Below are positions 62,673 through 64,000 of a DNA stretch of 64,000 nucleotides, in pieces (positions within the stretch are counted from its first letter, which is position 1; every line of letters starts with the position of its first letter). This DNA comes from Octopus vulgaris (taxonomy: Eukaryota), in NCBI GenBank assembly GCA_951406725.2, contig OX597830.1, positions 67,952,001-68,016,000 on the forward strand. Direction: 5' to 3'. The position numbers and the translations under genes are program-made. The notes below the pieces were generated by a model. That model saw only the letters and a program-made list of their open reading frames with translations. It made no database searches and was not told where the DNA came from.

Positions 62673-64000
62673 GATAATTGGAATTCCTATGGGACAATCT
62701 ACTGGGGGACACAAACCAAATTTGTGGCTGGTGCAAAATCCCAGCTAGGCTGCGGGTGACATGGTGGTGGAACAAGGCATTGGACAGTGCTATAAAAGCA
62801 AGACAACAGACCTGGAAAAACTAGAAAAATGCTGGAAGTAGAGAATTATATCAGATAGCCAGAAGGGCAGCTAGGCATCAGATTTACATAACAAAAGGAA
62901 TAAGAGAAGGTGAAAGATTTGCAAATGTTCTACATTGTGAGGATCAGAGGCGTGAAGTGTTCAGGATTGCAAAGCAGTGCAAAGATGTGGTGGGTGAGAA
63001 ATGTGTGCGAATAGATAATGGTATGCCTGCACTTAGTGACTCAGAGAAGATGCGTGGAAGTGCCACTGTGAAAGGTAACTAAATGTGGAAAAAGAATGAC
63101 AGAAGGAGAGTCTTTCAAATACTGAACCAATTGAAGGACCAGACATCAAAGATGATATCAGTGTGATAGGGAAATTAAGGATATGAAGGCCTGGGAAGCC
63201 CCTGGACCATCGAGTATCACTTCCGAGAAGATTAAAATATCCGGTGGTGTGCGATACACCCAAATCACTCACATAGTCAGTAAGTATATTCAGGAAAGCA
63301 TCATCCCTATGACTGGTATAGTAATATTATAGATAGCTGCTAAAGGTGATACATTAGCTAGAAACAACTACAAAGGTATCAGACTGCTGGACCATTTTCT
63401 GAAAATTATAATGAGAGTTATAGCTGAAGTGATTAGAAATAGAATTAAACTAGATGAGATGCAGTTTCGTTTTGTACTTTGGAAGAGTACCACAGATGCC
63501 ATCTTTCTAGTGAGACAAATGCAGAAAAAGTATTTGGCTAAAAGTAAGCCATTATACTTAGCTTTCGTCGTCCTGAAGAAAGCTTTCGAGAACGTCTCCT
63601 GCTCTGTTATCTGGTGGTCTCTAAGGAAGCTAAGAGCCATACAAGCCATGTCCAGGGGTGCTGTCAGTAAGGTGAGAGTCAGCAATGAATACAATGATGA
63701 ATTTAGAGTACATATAGGGTTTCACCAGAGCTCACTCTCTAGTCCTCTCCTATTAATCATAGTCCTTCAGACCCTGATGATTAATTCAAAACTGGATGCT
63801 CATGGGAACTGCTATACACTGATTATCTCACTATTATTGCAGAATCTGTTGCAGAATTGGAGAAGAAATTCCAGGTATGGAATCAAAGGACCATAACATT
63901 AACCTAGATATGACCAGAATTGTTGTTAGCAAAAGAGCAGATAAGACTATATTTCTGTCAAATAATGACCCTGATGAATATGTGGAGTGAAAGTAATTCC
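62673..64000 (+). mobile_element. Degraded RTE-clade LINE interrupted by the hAT (probable upstream part about 60000-60281)
   Basis: NYKGIRLL, LDEMQF and TTDAIFLVRQMQ remnants collinear with 16930-18170. Confidence 0.8.

Overview
AT-rich, repeat-saturated animal genomic DNA; the SINE/LINE families and microsatellite density point to an octopus-like cephalopod (inference). One host gene is visible: six small GT-AG exons on the + strand (15232-51964) splice in frame to 251 aa of the N-terminal MHR1/2 (SLOG/LSDAT) region of a TRPM-family channel, with diverged glycine motifs. The rest is mostly transposons: RTE, CR1 and R4/Dong-like LINEs, a HERO-like RLE LINE, Penelope-like remnants, Helitrons, tRNA-derived SINEs, a full-length dead mariner, and an apparently intact Buster-type hAT. 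The most unusual signal is RNA structure, found by manual base pairing: about a dozen hammerhead-ribozyme-like motifs. They include a G3:C8 core-swap family inside a 141-bp-arm palindrome, a U3:A8 variant, a tRNA-like head plus hammerhead downstream of a Penelope ORF, and a rearranged (non-circularly permuted) hammerhead-like fold in the HERO 3' UTR. None of these has been tested for cleavage. Boundaries of degraded elements are approximate.
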